From Pelolinea sp. (lineage in GTDB: Bacteria; Chloroflexota; Anaerolineae; Anaerolineales; Anaerolineaceae), in contig JAUYCC010000075.1 of the NCBI GenBank assembly GCA_030692365.1, positions 15,082 to 79,081 on the forward strand: 64,000 nt of DNA. The letters are read 5' to 3'. Made by a program: the position numbers and the translations under genes. The notes beneath the pieces were generated by a model that saw only the letters and a list, made by a program, of their open reading frames with translations, made no database searches and was not told where the DNA came from. Of this stretch, positions 10,419 to 20,382 are shown piece by piece (position 1 is the first letter of the stretch; each line of letters opens with the position of its first letter).

Positions 10419-11028
10419 GCCAAGGATCGGTATCTTTGGAGGAACATTTGATCCGCCCCATATTGGGCACCAAATTTTAGCGATGGAAGCATATGATGAA
10501 TTAAAGCTGGATACATTGTACTGGGTACTGGCGCCAGACCCGCCCCATAAACTGGGATTAAAGATTGCCCCCCTCGATTTACGCATCAAAATGGTTGAGG
10601 CCACCACTCAGCACGATGAAATATTTGAATTCTCCAGGGTAGATATTGACCGGCCTGGTCCGCATTATGTATTGGATACCGTTAATATTATTAAAATTCA
10701 GCATCCTGAAGCAGAGTTGTTTTTTGTGATGGGTGGAGATTCATTGAGGGATTTACACACCTGGCACAAACCGCAAGAATTTGTCGATGCGTGTGATTGG
10801 CTGGGGGTTATGCACCGCCCGGAAGATAAAATCGACTTGGCTGATATTGAAATGACATTTCCTGGAATCACTCAAAAAATCCAGTTCATAGAAGCGCCAT
10901 TGCTTGAAATTTCTTCCTACCAGATCCGAAAATTAATTTCATCCTGCAAACCATATAGGTATTATTTACCACCAGAAGTATATAAAATAATTGTTGAGAA
11001 TAACCTGTACGAAGATGAGAACTACTAA
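10408..11028 (+). CDS. nadD: nicotinate-nucleotide adenylyltransferase
   Basis: GIFGGTFDPPHIGH, PPHK, MGGDS, ISSYQIR. Confidence 0.93.
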   Translation: MRNRPRIGIFGGTFDPPHIGHQILAMEAYDELKLDTLYWVLAPDPPHKLGLKIAPLDLRIKMVEATTQHDEIFEFSRVDIDRPGPHYVLDTVNIIKIQHPEAELFFVMGGDSLRDLHTWHKPQEFVDACDWLGVMHRPEDKIDLADIEMTFPGITQKIQFIEAPLLEISSYQIRKLISSCKPYRYYLPPEVYKIIVENNLYEDENY

Positions 11029-11070
11029 ATAAAGAGAATTAATCATTTATTTCAAAAGTATAAGGAAAAG

Positions 11071-11700
11071 ATGAAAAAATTATTCATGGTTGTAGGGATT
11101 TTCTCTTTATTAATATCAGGCTGCCAATTCATTCCGATTGTATTGCCAACCCCCTCCGCTCCAGCATTCGGATTTACCGATACTCCGGAACTTGCGGAGA
11201 CTGTGCCACCAGTTAATACAGCAACTTTGATTGCAACAGCTATGCTGGCTGTTAGTCCAACACTTGCGCAGATATCTACACCTTCACCTTTACCACTCCC
11301 GTCTGCCACCCCAACTTCGCTCCCATTAATTCTTCAAATCGGCTCACCAGTTTACATTCAGAATTTTGTACATACTGATGCAGGCTGCGCCTGGCTTGGA
11401 ATCGCGGGACAGGTATTTGATGCAGACAATCAGACACTTGATAATCTTGTGGTCAATGTTAAGGGCAAGCTGGGACAAACGGAAATTGATAAAATCGCCG
11501 TCACGGGTATTCCTGAAGCCAATGTCTATGGACCGGGCGGGTATGAGATAAAGATTGCTGACATGCCTGTGGCTTCTGAAAATACAATGAGTATCCAGGT
11601 TTTCGATTTAAACGGCAACAGCTTGTCAAAACCTATGACTTTTAATACTTCATCGGATTGTAGTAAGAACCTGATCATAATAAATTTTCAAACGAAATAA
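11071..11700 (+). CDS. hypothetical lipoprotein with Thr/Pro-rich linker and small beta-sandwich domain
   Basis: Signal peptide with lipobox LISG-C; PTPSAP...STPSPLPLPSATPTS stretch; C-terminal domain with a Cys pair. Confidence 0.7.
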   Translation: MKKLFMVVGIFSLLISGCQFIPIVLPTPSAPAFGFTDTPELAETVPPVNTATLIATAMLAVSPTLAQISTPSPLPLPSATPTSLPLILQIGSPVYIQNFVHTDAGCAWLGIAGQVFDADNQTLDNLVVNVKGKLGQTEIDKIAVTGIPEANVYGPGGYEIKIADMPVASENTMSIQVFDLNGNSLSKPMTFNTSSDCSKNLIIINFQTK

Positions 11701-11713
11701 TCTTGGGTGATTC

Positions 11714-12496
11714 TTGGACGGAATTGACATAGTCAAATTAATTAAGAAAATTTCAAGCCGCTGGTACATTCATACAGTATTGATGATAATCGGGGGTTTA
11801 TCTGGTCTTTTATTTAGTTATCTAAATCCGCCTGTTTATGAATCCTCTGCGGTTTTCTCCGTTACCATTGACTATACCCAAACCGGGGCTCTGACGGATA
11901 TTCAGGAAGATCAAGCGATGAGAGGTGTTGGTAGTATCTTATTGTCTGACCAGGTGATAAGACAAACGCTCACGCAACTAATAAGTGAGTTCAACCTGGA
12001 ATTAAGTCAATCTGATTTCCTTAATAATTCTTTTATGGATAGAGAAGAGTTTCAATGGGCGCTCAGATACCGGGATCCTGACCCAAATAAAGCCGAATTG
12101 GTTATCAAAACGTGGGCAAAAAGCGCCGATTCGATAATTCAGGAGGCGTTAACCCACTCACAGGCAAGCAGCGCATTGTTAGATAACCTATATGAGATGA
12201 AAGTGTGTTTTCAAGAATCATCTTCTGGCAGCGGGCAAGGTTATTGCGGATTTAATGATTTGGAAATCTTGACGAGTGCTATCAGCGAAATAAGCGGTCG
12301 AATTCAAATTGAAAAAGTGAGCAGCCTTGGCTTATTTAATGCGCTATCGGTTTCTCTGGTCAATGAAGGTCAAATTTCCCCATCGCTAGTCCGTGGTCAG
12401 CGTAACCTGCTGGTATTGAGTGGAGTGTTGATCGGTTTGATCCTGAGCATTGTTGCTACAGCCGTATTGATCATGAAACGGAGCTCATTCATTTGA
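11714..12496 (+). CDS. Wzz/chain-length-determinant-like membrane protein
   Basis: N-terminal TM followed by PPVYESSA (Wzz-type PxYxA motif), C-terminal RNLLVLSGVLIGLILS TM. Confidence 0.6.
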   Translation: MDGIDIVKLIKKISSRWYIHTVLMIIGGLSGLLFSYLNPPVYESSAVFSVTIDYTQTGALTDIQEDQAMRGVGSILLSDQVIRQTLTQLISEFNLELSQSDFLNNSFMDREEFQWALRYRDPDPNKAELVIKTWAKSADSIIQEALTHSQASSALLDNLYEMKVCFQESSSGSGQGYCGFNDLEILTSAISEISGRIQIEKVSSLGLFNALSVSLVNEGQISPSLVRGQRNLLVLSGVLIGLILSIVATAVLIMKRSSFI

Positions 12497-13923
12497 TCCA
12501 GCCTTATTTGCATAAATTGCAAAAAATTACGTGGTACATTCTGATTGCTTTGCTGCCTTTGACAAGTATGCCATTGGTAAAAAAATTACTGGGGTCAGAT
12601 TCGGTAGCCAGCCCTGCAATCATTTTTCTTGTGATTTTGATCTTCCTATGGCTGGCAGGATTGATTTTTAACGACAGATTATTGATTTCATCCAAAGTAC
12701 TTCCCCTAGCTCTATTCACTTGCGTGGCAATTATTGCGACATTGTTTTCTTTTTTCCTCCAAACCCCGGCATTTAAAGGTTTTGGGGAATTAAAACCAAT
12801 CATTTCAGTTATTGCGACCTTAGTAATAGGTTTTTTATTTTTCCTGATTGCCAGCTCATTTCCTGTTGACGATGAAGTCAAAAATAAGACGTTGAAGGTC
12901 ATCAACTGGACTGGCCTGATTATTCTGATCTGGTGCGCTTTTCAAGCGCTGGCGTGGTATGGTACCCAGCATTATCCACAGTGGATGTTTAAAATTCAAG
13001 GGTTTCTATCAGAACGTGTTTTATACCGGCAAAGGACAACCGGATTTGCGTTGGAGCCTTCCTGGCTGGCGCATCAACTCAATATGCTGTATTTACCGTT
13101 TTGGTTATCGGCAACATTAACAGGTTACTCAAGCCATTCTTTCAGAATTAAAAGAATCAGTTTTGAAAATATCCTGTTGGCAGGGGGTGTGCTTACTCTT
13201 GGATTGACGTTATCAAGGGTGGGATTCGCAGCGTTCCTTTGTATGAGCGCGCTTGCAATTGTGCTAATTCATCGCCACATTGTCTCGGCAATTAATACAT
13301 GGTTAACCGATAAACTGAAACCTCGGATTAAACTGAATCGGAAAAGCATCTCACACATTATTATTGTCCTTTATATCTTATTAGTCGCTCTTCTTGTTCT
13401 TGTCTATAGCCGAATTGATCCACGCATGGCAAGCCTTTTTAAATTTTCATTTGATCAAGACAGTCCCTTGTTACGGTATTTTAACCAATTGAAGTTTGGT
13501 GACCGGGTCGTTTATTGGTTGACCGGTTGGAATATATTTAATGAACATCCAATTATCGGTGTAGGTTTGGGAAATGCCGGATTTTATTTCCCTCAGAATA
13601 TCCCTGCCTATGGTTGGTCTTTATTGGAAGTACGCAGATTGCTTTACCGGTCACACCTTCTACTTAATGTTAAAAGTCTGTGGTTCCGACTACTTGCGGA
13701 AACAGGAATTGTAGGTTTTTCACTTTTTATAGGATGGATTATTTCCCTTCTTTCAAGATTGGTTGAAAAATATAAATCAGCAAAACCGATTGAGCGCACC
13801 TTGGGTTTGGCAGGAATACTGGTTGTTTTGGGATTAATTTTTGAAGGGCTTAGCATAGACTCATTTGCAATGCCTTACTGGTGGATTTCTTTAGGTCTGG
13901 CAGTAACATCTTATAAAAAATAA
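12493..13923 (+). CDS. O-antigen ligase/Wzy_C family membrane protein
   Basis: About 11-12 TM segments; RTTGFALEPS, TLSRVG, RVVYWLTGWNIFNEHPIIGVGLGN, LAETGIVG. Confidence 0.8.
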   Translation: MIQPYLHKLQKITWYILIALLPLTSMPLVKKLLGSDSVASPAIIFLVILIFLWLAGLIFNDRLLISSKVLPLALFTCVAIIATLFSFFLQTPAFKGFGELKPIISVIATLVIGFLFFLIASSFPVDDEVKNKTLKVINWTGLIILIWCAFQALAWYGTQHYPQWMFKIQGFLSERVLYRQRTTGFALEPSWLAHQLNMLYLPFWLSATLTGYSSHSFRIKRISFENILLAGGVLTLGLTLSRVGFAAFLCMSALAIVLIHRHIVSAINTWLTDKLKPRIKLNRKSISHIIIVLYILLVALLVLVYSRIDPRMASLFKFSFDQDSPLLRYFNQLKFGDRVVYWLTGWNIFNEHPIIGVGLGNAGFYFPQNIPAYGWSLLEVRRLLYRSHLLLNVKSLWFRLLAETGIVGFSLFIGWIISLLSRLVEKYKSAKPIERTLGLAGILVVLGLIFEGLSIDSFAMPYWWISLGLAVTSYKK

Positions 13924-13959
13924 ACAACCGGGTATAGAGAATTCTGGTAAAAACAAAAA

Positions 13960-15987
13960 ATGGACCAACTACGTAAGTCGAATTACTGCCTGATCATATT
14001 TGCAATAATCCTGGGGTTGGGGGTGGTTATTCTTTGTGGTATTTCCATATACCTTGTTTATTCGGTTGTGATATCAGTAAGAGAAAAGCCCTTATGGGAA
14101 GAAAACCTATTACCAAGTCCCCATGTAAGTAGATTTGAATCATCTACCTCAGTTGATAGCGCAGGGGTAAATCCCGCATCAAAAACTAATGAATTGACCA
14201 CTCTGGAAATCCTAAATCAGACGGAAATCCCAATAAATGACCCTATTGATTTAGCAAAGAGGTTAGGAGGAGTGGCTGATGCTCCGGTTCTGAAGTCGGG
14301 AACGCCTGAAATCTTTATCGTTGGCGAAATAAGAAAATTCTGGAAGTTGGATGTGGACACCAATAAATATGTCCAGACTGATGCCCGACTGGAATTTGAA
14401 ACACCCCATCTCTATTTTTGGGTTGAACAAGGGATTGATTTTGATAGCGCTGAACTGGAAAATTTGGCAGAAGAGTTTGAAACCAGAATATATCCTACCA
14501 ATCGGAAAATATTTGGGAGCGAGTCGTCCCCTGGCGTTGACCGGGATGAGCATCTTACAGTCTTGTTTGCCAGGGGTCTTGGTGGGGTAGGCGGTTATTT
14601 TTCCTCCTCCGACACTTTAACCCGGCAGGTTGAACCCTTCTCCAATGAAGCGGAGATGTTCTATTTATCCGCAGATTATACCTATCTGGAAGATGCATTT
14701 ACTTATGGCGTTCTGGCGCATGAATTCCAGCATATGATTCACTGGAATATTGACCGGAACGAATCTGCCTGGGTAACCGAAGGGTTATCCGAATTGGCTG
14801 TTGAATTAAATGGATATGATACAGGTGGATTCACATATTTGTTTGCTTATAACCCTGACTTACAACTTAATTTTTGGCCGGGAAATGATCAGGGCGATTC
14901 GGCCCCACACTATGGCGCTGCTTATCTTTTCATGCGATACCTCTATCAAAGATTCGGGGAGAATGCAATTCAGGAATTGGTATCTTCGCCATTAAATGGA
15001 TTTGACAGCGTTGATGTGGTTTATGGCGATTTTGGAAGCGATACAAACCAGATACTCACTCCTGAACAAATCTTTCAGGACTGGAGCATCGCAAATTACC
15101 TGAATGGGGCATCGGATTCCAAAATAGTTGATAAGTACGGGGAGATGCCATTTTTCCCTAGTTTTGCACTCACAGAAACCCTATCCTGTGAAAATTCGGA
15201 ATGGCAAGAACGGATAGTTAGCCAATTTGGTACGGATTACATCCAATTTGATTGTAGTGGCGCTTACCAAATTGAAATTACTGGTGAGCCATCAGTCAAT
15301 TTAATGCCAGTTGATCCTCATTCAGGTGAGACTTATTTTTGGTCGAATTATGGCGATGAATCGGAAATGATGCTTTCCCAGACTTTCGATTTTACTTCTG
15401 TCACTTCTCCGATAACATTAAGCTTCTGGACCTGGTATGACATAGAGAAAGATTACGATTATTTATACCTGACCGCTTCTGAAGATGACGGGAATTGGGA
15501 TATCCTTAGACCTTCTACATGCACAGAAGAAGATCCCACAGGTGCGAATTACGGATGCGGATTAAACGGAAAATCAAATGGCTGGATTAATGAAATGGTT
15601 GACCTTTCCGCGTATGCAAGGAAAAAGGTAACCTTGCGATTTGAATATATTACTGACATGGCAGTCAATGGTGATGGTTTTTTAATAGATGATATTTCCA
15701 TCGATGCAATCAATTATTTCTCGGATTTTGAAAAAGATCAGGGCGGTTGGCTTGGCGAAGGATTTGTTCGTATTAAAAACTCACTTCCACAAAGTTTTGG
15801 AATTGCATTATTGTTAAATGGATCAGAAGAACCTGATAAAAAAATTATTAGTTTAGAAGGCTTGAATTATTCCGGGAAAGTGGAGATAAACCAGACTCAA
15901 ATCAAACCGATAATTGTCATCAGCGGTCTGACCCGATTTACCCATCAGACCGCAGGCTATCGCATAAAAATATCCAAAATTAATTGA
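13960..15987 (+). CDS. membrane-anchored zinc metallopeptidase (immune inhibitor A / M6-like)
   Basis: N-terminal TM, LAHEFQHMIH...WVTEGLSE zincin motif, C-terminal WYDIEKDYDYLY...FEYITDMAVNGDGFLIDDI domain. Confidence 0.75.
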   Translation: MDQLRKSNYCLIIFAIILGLGVVILCGISIYLVYSVVISVREKPLWEENLLPSPHVSRFESSTSVDSAGVNPASKTNELTTLEILNQTEIPINDPIDLAKRLGGVADAPVLKSGTPEIFIVGEIRKFWKLDVDTNKYVQTDARLEFETPHLYFWVEQGIDFDSAELENLAEEFETRIYPTNRKIFGSESSPGVDRDEHLTVLFARGLGGVGGYFSSSDTLTRQVEPFSNEAEMFYLSADYTYLEDAFTYGVLAHEFQHMIHWNIDRNESAWVTEGLSELAVELNGYDTGGFTYLFAYNPDLQLNFWPGNDQGDSAPHYGAAYLFMRYLYQRFGENAIQELVSSPLNGFDSVDVVYGDFGSDTNQILTPEQIFQDWSIANYLNGASDSKIVDKYGEMPFFPSFALTETLSCENSEWQERIVSQFGTDYIQFDCSGAYQIEITGEPSVNLMPVDPHSGETYFWSNYGDESEMMLSQTFDFTSVTSPITLSFWTWYDIEKDYDYLYLTASEDDGNWDILRPSTCTEEDPTGANYGCGLNGKSNGWINEMVDLSAYARKKVTLRFEYITDMAVNGDGFLIDDISIDAINYFSDFEKDQGGWLGEGFVRIKNSLPQSFGIALLLNGSEEPDKKIISLEGLNYSGKVEINQTQIKPIIVISGLTRFTHQTAGYRIKISKIN

Positions 15988-15995
15988 ACTTATTT

Positions 15996-16202
15996 TTAGG
16001 TTTTGTATTCCTGCAATTCTGATTCAAGTGCCGCCCTTTGTTCAGCGATTGCGTTTCCTAACTCAGCGCGAAGACTCGAGAATCTTTCCCGAATTGCAAT
16101 TTGGGTTTCTTTACCGCTTCCAGGAGCCAGAAATAGAATTGTTGCACCTCCTACGATGCCGCCAAATATCGCTCCCAACATGAAACTCACCGCTTTTCTC
16201 AT
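15996..16202 (-). CDS. YtxH domain small protein
   Basis: ATG 16202 with GGAG RBS; FMLGAIFGGIVGGATILFLAPGSGKETQ is the YtxH signature. Confidence 0.8.
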   Translation of the reverse strand: MRKAVSFMLGAIFGGIVGGATILFLAPGSGKETQIAIRERFSSLRAELGNAIAEQRAALESELQEYKT

Positions 16203-16292
16203 TTTTTCTCCATATTTATTAAGTGACCGATTTGTTTCAAATTGTAAATTTACTGTTTTTGTCTGCCCATAAGTATAATGTAATCTCCAGAT

Positions 16293-18659
16293 ATGCTCAA
16301 AAATGTAAATCGCCATTGGGATGGAGTTGCCGGGATAAGCTTAATCCTGATAATTTTCCTTTCAGCCTATTCCCTTGAACTAACATATTGGACTTACAAC
16401 CTTAACCGCGTGACGATTTTAGCGTTACTTGGTTTGTTCATTGGATTGTTTTTAGGGCTGTCATCATTTTCGGGGAAAGTTGCCCGATTTTTATCAGGAC
16501 TGTATGGTATTGTTTTCCTTTTTCTGCAATTGGTAATTTCTTTAAATGGTTCCGCTTTCTGGGTTGAGCGGGTTGACAATTACCTGTTGCGTTTCAGTAC
16601 AAGCGCAGACCAACTTATTCGTAATATCCCCTTGGAAGATGGAATTCTATTTTTAACGGTTGCTGGTTTTCTTTATTGTTTTCTCGGTATAAATTTGGGA
16701 TTCAGATTTATCAGGTTAAAAAAATCCTGGGTTAGTTTTATAGCAATCGTTTTCTTCTTTTACCTGATTCAGTTTTATCTTCCGATTTCACAAAGAAATT
16801 ACCTGTTTATATCTTTATATTCATTACTGATTTTTGTGTATCTGGGACGTCAGTATTACTTGGCCAAAAAATCAGGCTGGGAATTACAAGGTATTAAGGC
16901 AGACAAAGAGATTTCCACATATTTTACAAAATTGATTTTGATCTTTACTTTAATCCTGGTTTTAGTTTCCTGGGGATTTCCTCTAATTATCCAGAAAGTT
17001 TCGAATAGCAAATCTGACTCATTGACTTCATTAAAGCCGCATGAATATTCAACTTCTTGGGAAATCTTGCAGAATTTCTTTTATCCGCTCAGGCAGCAAT
17101 CAGGTTTTGGGGAGGGTTATTTGCCTGAAATTCTTGCACTAGGGACTTCACGGAGTCTTAAGGATGACGAAGCCTTTTATGTTAAGGCTCCGGATGAGTT
17201 TTCATATTCAGGTCGTTATTACTGGAAAGGCCGTGCTTATGATTTTTATGAAAATGGGTTGTGGCAAAGCAAGGATGTGGAAATTCAACACTCCGCATCG
17301 ATTGAAGTAAAACCTTACCAGGCAAAAACAACCTCTATTGGGTTGTTTAGTTTTACATATAAATATCCAAGAGAAATTGTATTAACTCCTCAAATAGTCT
17401 TGAAAGTTGAAAGGGAAGCGGACCTGATTTATTTTCCGATTAATGAGGATAGCCAGGATGTTCTAAGTATTGTTGATAATCAACTGATTCATAAAGATGA
17501 GCAATTAGATATTTTGGGCGGGTATTACAGTCCTGACTGGGACCTTTTATTGAATTCCTCATTGGGATATCCCGAATGGATTACTCCAAAATACCTCCAA
17601 CTTCCGGTAAATTTCTCGGAAAGAATTATCTCACTTGCGCAAGAAATATCATCTGAAAAAGCAACGGGTATTGAAAAAGCCCTGGCGATTACAAATTACC
17701 TTAGAAATACCTTGCGATATAAGGATTTTGTAGATATTCCTCAAGGATCTGATCCGATAGAGTGGTTTCTTTTTGAGGGCAGGGAGGGATTCTGCAATTA
17801 CTTTTCCACCGCGGACGCATTAATGCTTCGGTCAGTAGGGATTCCAGCCCGGGTTGTGATAGGTTACACGCAGGGTGAACGGGTTTCGGGGAAAGATGAA
17901 TTCCTCGTTAGAATAAAGGACAGTCATTCCTGGGTAGAAGCTTTCTTCCCCGAATCAGGCTGGGTTATCCTGGAACCCACACCGTCTCAGCCAGGTGTTG
18001 ACCTTAACAAACCTATCATGAATACTGAAGTTAATGACCTTGGGAGGCTTGAAAATTTATCCTTGGGCGACTCAAATCAACTTCAAAACCCGGATCTGAA
18101 ATTCTTTTCAGGAATCAATGAGAAATATGGTGCCAAGACAAGGGAGGTACAACTTAAAGTCACTCCAAGAAATAAACTTCTTGTATGGATTATTGGGTCA
18201 GGGTTATTAATTGTTCTGATTTTCAGTTTCATGTATGGAATATTTATAAGGAAAAAGCCAATTTTATTACCGCTTATCCTTGAGAAAAACATGGTTCTAA
18301 AAGGTAGAAAAGTGCCGATATGGTTGGAGAAGTGGGCCGATTATGAGAAACTGCCGGGATACCAAAAAGCCTACCAGAATTTGCACCTTCTTTCCAGGAT
18401 TTTTTTGTTTAGAATGGAAAAGAACCCAACTCCGAAAGAATTATTTGATGAATTATCCAGGAATCTGTTAGCTGATAATCAATCTACTGAAATATTTTTA
18501 GACAAATATCAAAAATTGACCTACGGCAAATTAAAAGATGATTCTTTAGAGGAATATTATCAAAATTACCATCAATTGCTTTGCCTTATTCTAAGAAGTT
18601 GGAAGGAGAAGTGGATAGAGGATATCAAATTCCGGATCAAGCTTTTGAGGATCCGTTAA
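16293..18659 (+). CDS. membrane protein with transglutaminase-like domain (TgpA/DUF3488 type)
   Basis: Multi-TM N-terminus, YYWKGRAYD, EGFCNYFSTA...GIPARVVIGY...HSWVE...LEPTP (Cys-His-acid triad). Confidence 0.85.
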   Translation: MLKNVNRHWDGVAGISLILIIFLSAYSLELTYWTYNLNRVTILALLGLFIGLFLGLSSFSGKVARFLSGLYGIVFLFLQLVISLNGSAFWVERVDNYLLRFSTSADQLIRNIPLEDGILFLTVAGFLYCFLGINLGFRFIRLKKSWVSFIAIVFFFYLIQFYLPISQRNYLFISLYSLLIFVYLGRQYYLAKKSGWELQGIKADKEISTYFTKLILIFTLILVLVSWGFPLIIQKVSNSKSDSLTSLKPHEYSTSWEILQNFFYPLRQQSGFGEGYLPEILALGTSRSLKDDEAFYVKAPDEFSYSGRYYWKGRAYDFYENGLWQSKDVEIQHSASIEVKPYQAKTTSIGLFSFTYKYPREIVLTPQIVLKVEREADLIYFPINEDSQDVLSIVDNQLIHKDEQLDILGGYYSPDWDLLLNSSLGYPEWITPKYLQLPVNFSERIISLAQEISSEKATGIEKALAITNYLRNTLRYKDFVDIPQGSDPIEWFLFEGREGFCNYFSTADALMLRSVGIPARVVIGYTQGERVSGKDEFLVRIKDSHSWVEAFFPESGWVILEPTPSQPGVDLNKPIMNTEVNDLGRLENLSLGDSNQLQNPDLKFFSGINEKYGAKTREVQLKVTPRNKLLVWIIGSGLLIVLIFSFMYGIFIRKKPILLPLILEKNMVLKGRKVPIWLEKWADYEKLPGYQKAYQNLHLLSRIFLFRMEKNPTPKELFDELSRNLLADNQSTEIFLDKYQKLTYGKLKDDSLEEYYQNYHQLLCLILRSWKEKWIEDIKFRIKLLRIR

Positions 18660-18664
18660 ATGAT

Positions 18665-19684
18665 TTAGATCAGTTCCACTTTTTCTTTAAGAAAATCCAC
18701 TCGCGCCTGTAACAAATCATGAAGCGAGCCCAGGAGATATCTTGGTGTGCTGCCTTCATATTTAACGCTGGCAGTGACACTGCCAATGGTTGAAGCATAA
18801 ACCGGATCAAAATAGCTTAAGTAACCAGCCAAAAAACCACCAAAGAAGGCATCGTCAACACCGATTGGATCTATGCAGTTAACCGGATAGGAAGGGACAT
18901 GGTATTTTTTCTTGTTGATATTATCAAAAATATTGTACCCATCAGTTTTTCTTGAAATAATTATTATTTCTATCCCATAACTTGCCAGCATTTCGGCAAT
19001 AAGCCATGTGTCATCTGATTTTCCAAGAAATAATCTTTTGGCATTTTCTTCGGAAATCAAAAGCAATGACGATCCATTTACCAGGGGCGGGAAATCATAA
19101 AAAAAGGATGATTGCGTATAACCCTGGGAAGCGTGAATAAACACCTCGCCAGCGGTTCGGGATCTAAAAAATGCCGGGATCATATTATGGGTTAAAAAAT
19201 CAACAGGACAAAGCGCCAGATACCGGGATTCAAAATATTCTTCAGGAATATTCTCAGGCCGAACTGTGAAATCAGAACCTTGTTTACGGTTATCGATAAT
19301 TATAGGACTTGCTTCATAGCCTAACAATTCTTTTGGAAGCGGCATATTATGCTCGGAGAAATATTTCTGGGGATTGTTTTCAATGACTCTGTTATTTTTA
19401 TCCACCAGGAAAAAACTTCTTGAATCGGAATTATTTAGGGTTTTTGAGATTCCCAGAGTATTGAGAGAGTTTCTTTGTATTTCCTCGATCCATTCATCTG
19501 GGCAATCACACCCAATACGAGAGATAAGCCCTGCCGTTTTCCCCCATAACGTGAATCCATAAGCCGTATAAAGCAAATTTCCACCAGGCTGGTCGATAAA
19601 AATTTCATTATTCCGGTTAATTATTGTCTCACGGGTAAGCTTCCCGAGGATTATTGCATCGCAAGAATAGACGTCATTCAGCAT
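18665..19684 (-). CDS. PfkB/ribokinase family protein with degenerate anion-hole motif
   Basis: PGGNLLY N-terminal motif; C-terminal DPIGVDDAFFGG versus consensus DTxGAGDAF. Confidence 0.75.
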   Translation of the reverse strand: MLNDVYSCDAIILGKLTRETIINRNNEIFIDQPGGNLLYTAYGFTLWGKTAGLISRIGCDCPDEWIEEIQRNSLNTLGISKTLNNSDSRSFFLVDKNNRVIENNPQKYFSEHNMPLPKELLGYEASPIIIDNRKQGSDFTVRPENIPEEYFESRYLALCPVDFLTHNMIPAFFRSRTAGEVFIHASQGYTQSSFFYDFPPLVNGSSLLLISEENAKRLFLGKSDDTWLIAEMLASYGIEIIIISRKTDGYNIFDNINKKKYHVPSYPVNCIDPIGVDDAFFGGFLAGYLSYFDPVYASTIGSVTASVKYEGSTPRYLLGSLHDLLQARVDFLKEKVELI

Positions 19685-19730
19685 AGAAGTTCACAAATTC
19701 CCCCAAGGAATTTTTATTGGTCTTGAATTT

Positions 19731-19943
19731 TTACTTGCCAGGAATTTTACCAGGATCAATCAACGACCAAAGCGCAGAGACAGTTCCGAACCCAAGCTTG
19801 GTTAATTTCTCTCTGGAAAGGTTTGGTTCACTGTCATTGTATTCAGAAGATTTTTCAAGTAAGATCGCCGCTATGATCCCTATGACTGCGCCAAATAAAC
19901 CACCCATCAAATACAATTTGTAATTAGATTTCTTTTCTTCCAT
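19731..19943 (-). CDS. small hypothetical membrane protein
   Basis: 70 aa, Gly-rich TM GGLFGAVIGIIAAILL; packed 2 nt behind the upstream gene. Confidence 0.6.
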   Translation of the reverse strand: MEEKKSNYKLYLMGGLFGAVIGIIAAILLEKSSEYNDSEPNLSREKLTKLGFGTVSALWSLIDPGKIPGK

Positions 19944-19945
19944 TT

Positions 19946-20341
19946 TTATTCCTGCTTTTCTTTTTTAGTCAAGGACAGTTGGGTAATAAAAGATTCAAGG
20001 TGAATAACCGGCTGTGTAATCAATCGGGATAGGTTAATAATCCAATGAAAGATTGGCGCGGATATTGAATTCAAATTCAATGATGCTTTTTTAAATTTCA
20101 CCTTCAATCTGGAAATAAGGTAAATCACAATAGAAAATAGAAGGAAAATAAAAAGAAAAGACAGAATAAACGGCAAGGTTATTACCAGTATTGAAATATC
20201 CGACCAGATGCGGTAATCCATTTCCCCATCTGATAATTTCCCAAAAAGGAAGAATGAAGATACTGCCAAAACCAGAACGATAAAGATCATCGGAAGATAG
20301 ACTTGCCCGATGATTTGTTTTTGATGTTTTTTCGTATTCAT
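19946..20341 (-). CDS. hypothetical two-TM membrane protein
   Basis: 131 aa ORF with two hydrophobic helices, co-oriented with neighbours. Confidence 0.6.
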   Translation of the reverse strand: MNTKKHQKQIIGQVYLPMIFIVLVLAVSSFFLFGKLSDGEMDYRIWSDISILVITLPFILSFLFIFLLFSIVIYLISRLKVKFKKASLNLNSISAPIFHWIINLSRLITQPVIHLESFITQLSLTKKEKQE

Positions 20342-20382
20342 ATTGATTAATTGTTATTAAAATATTCTAACACAAGGCTTTT

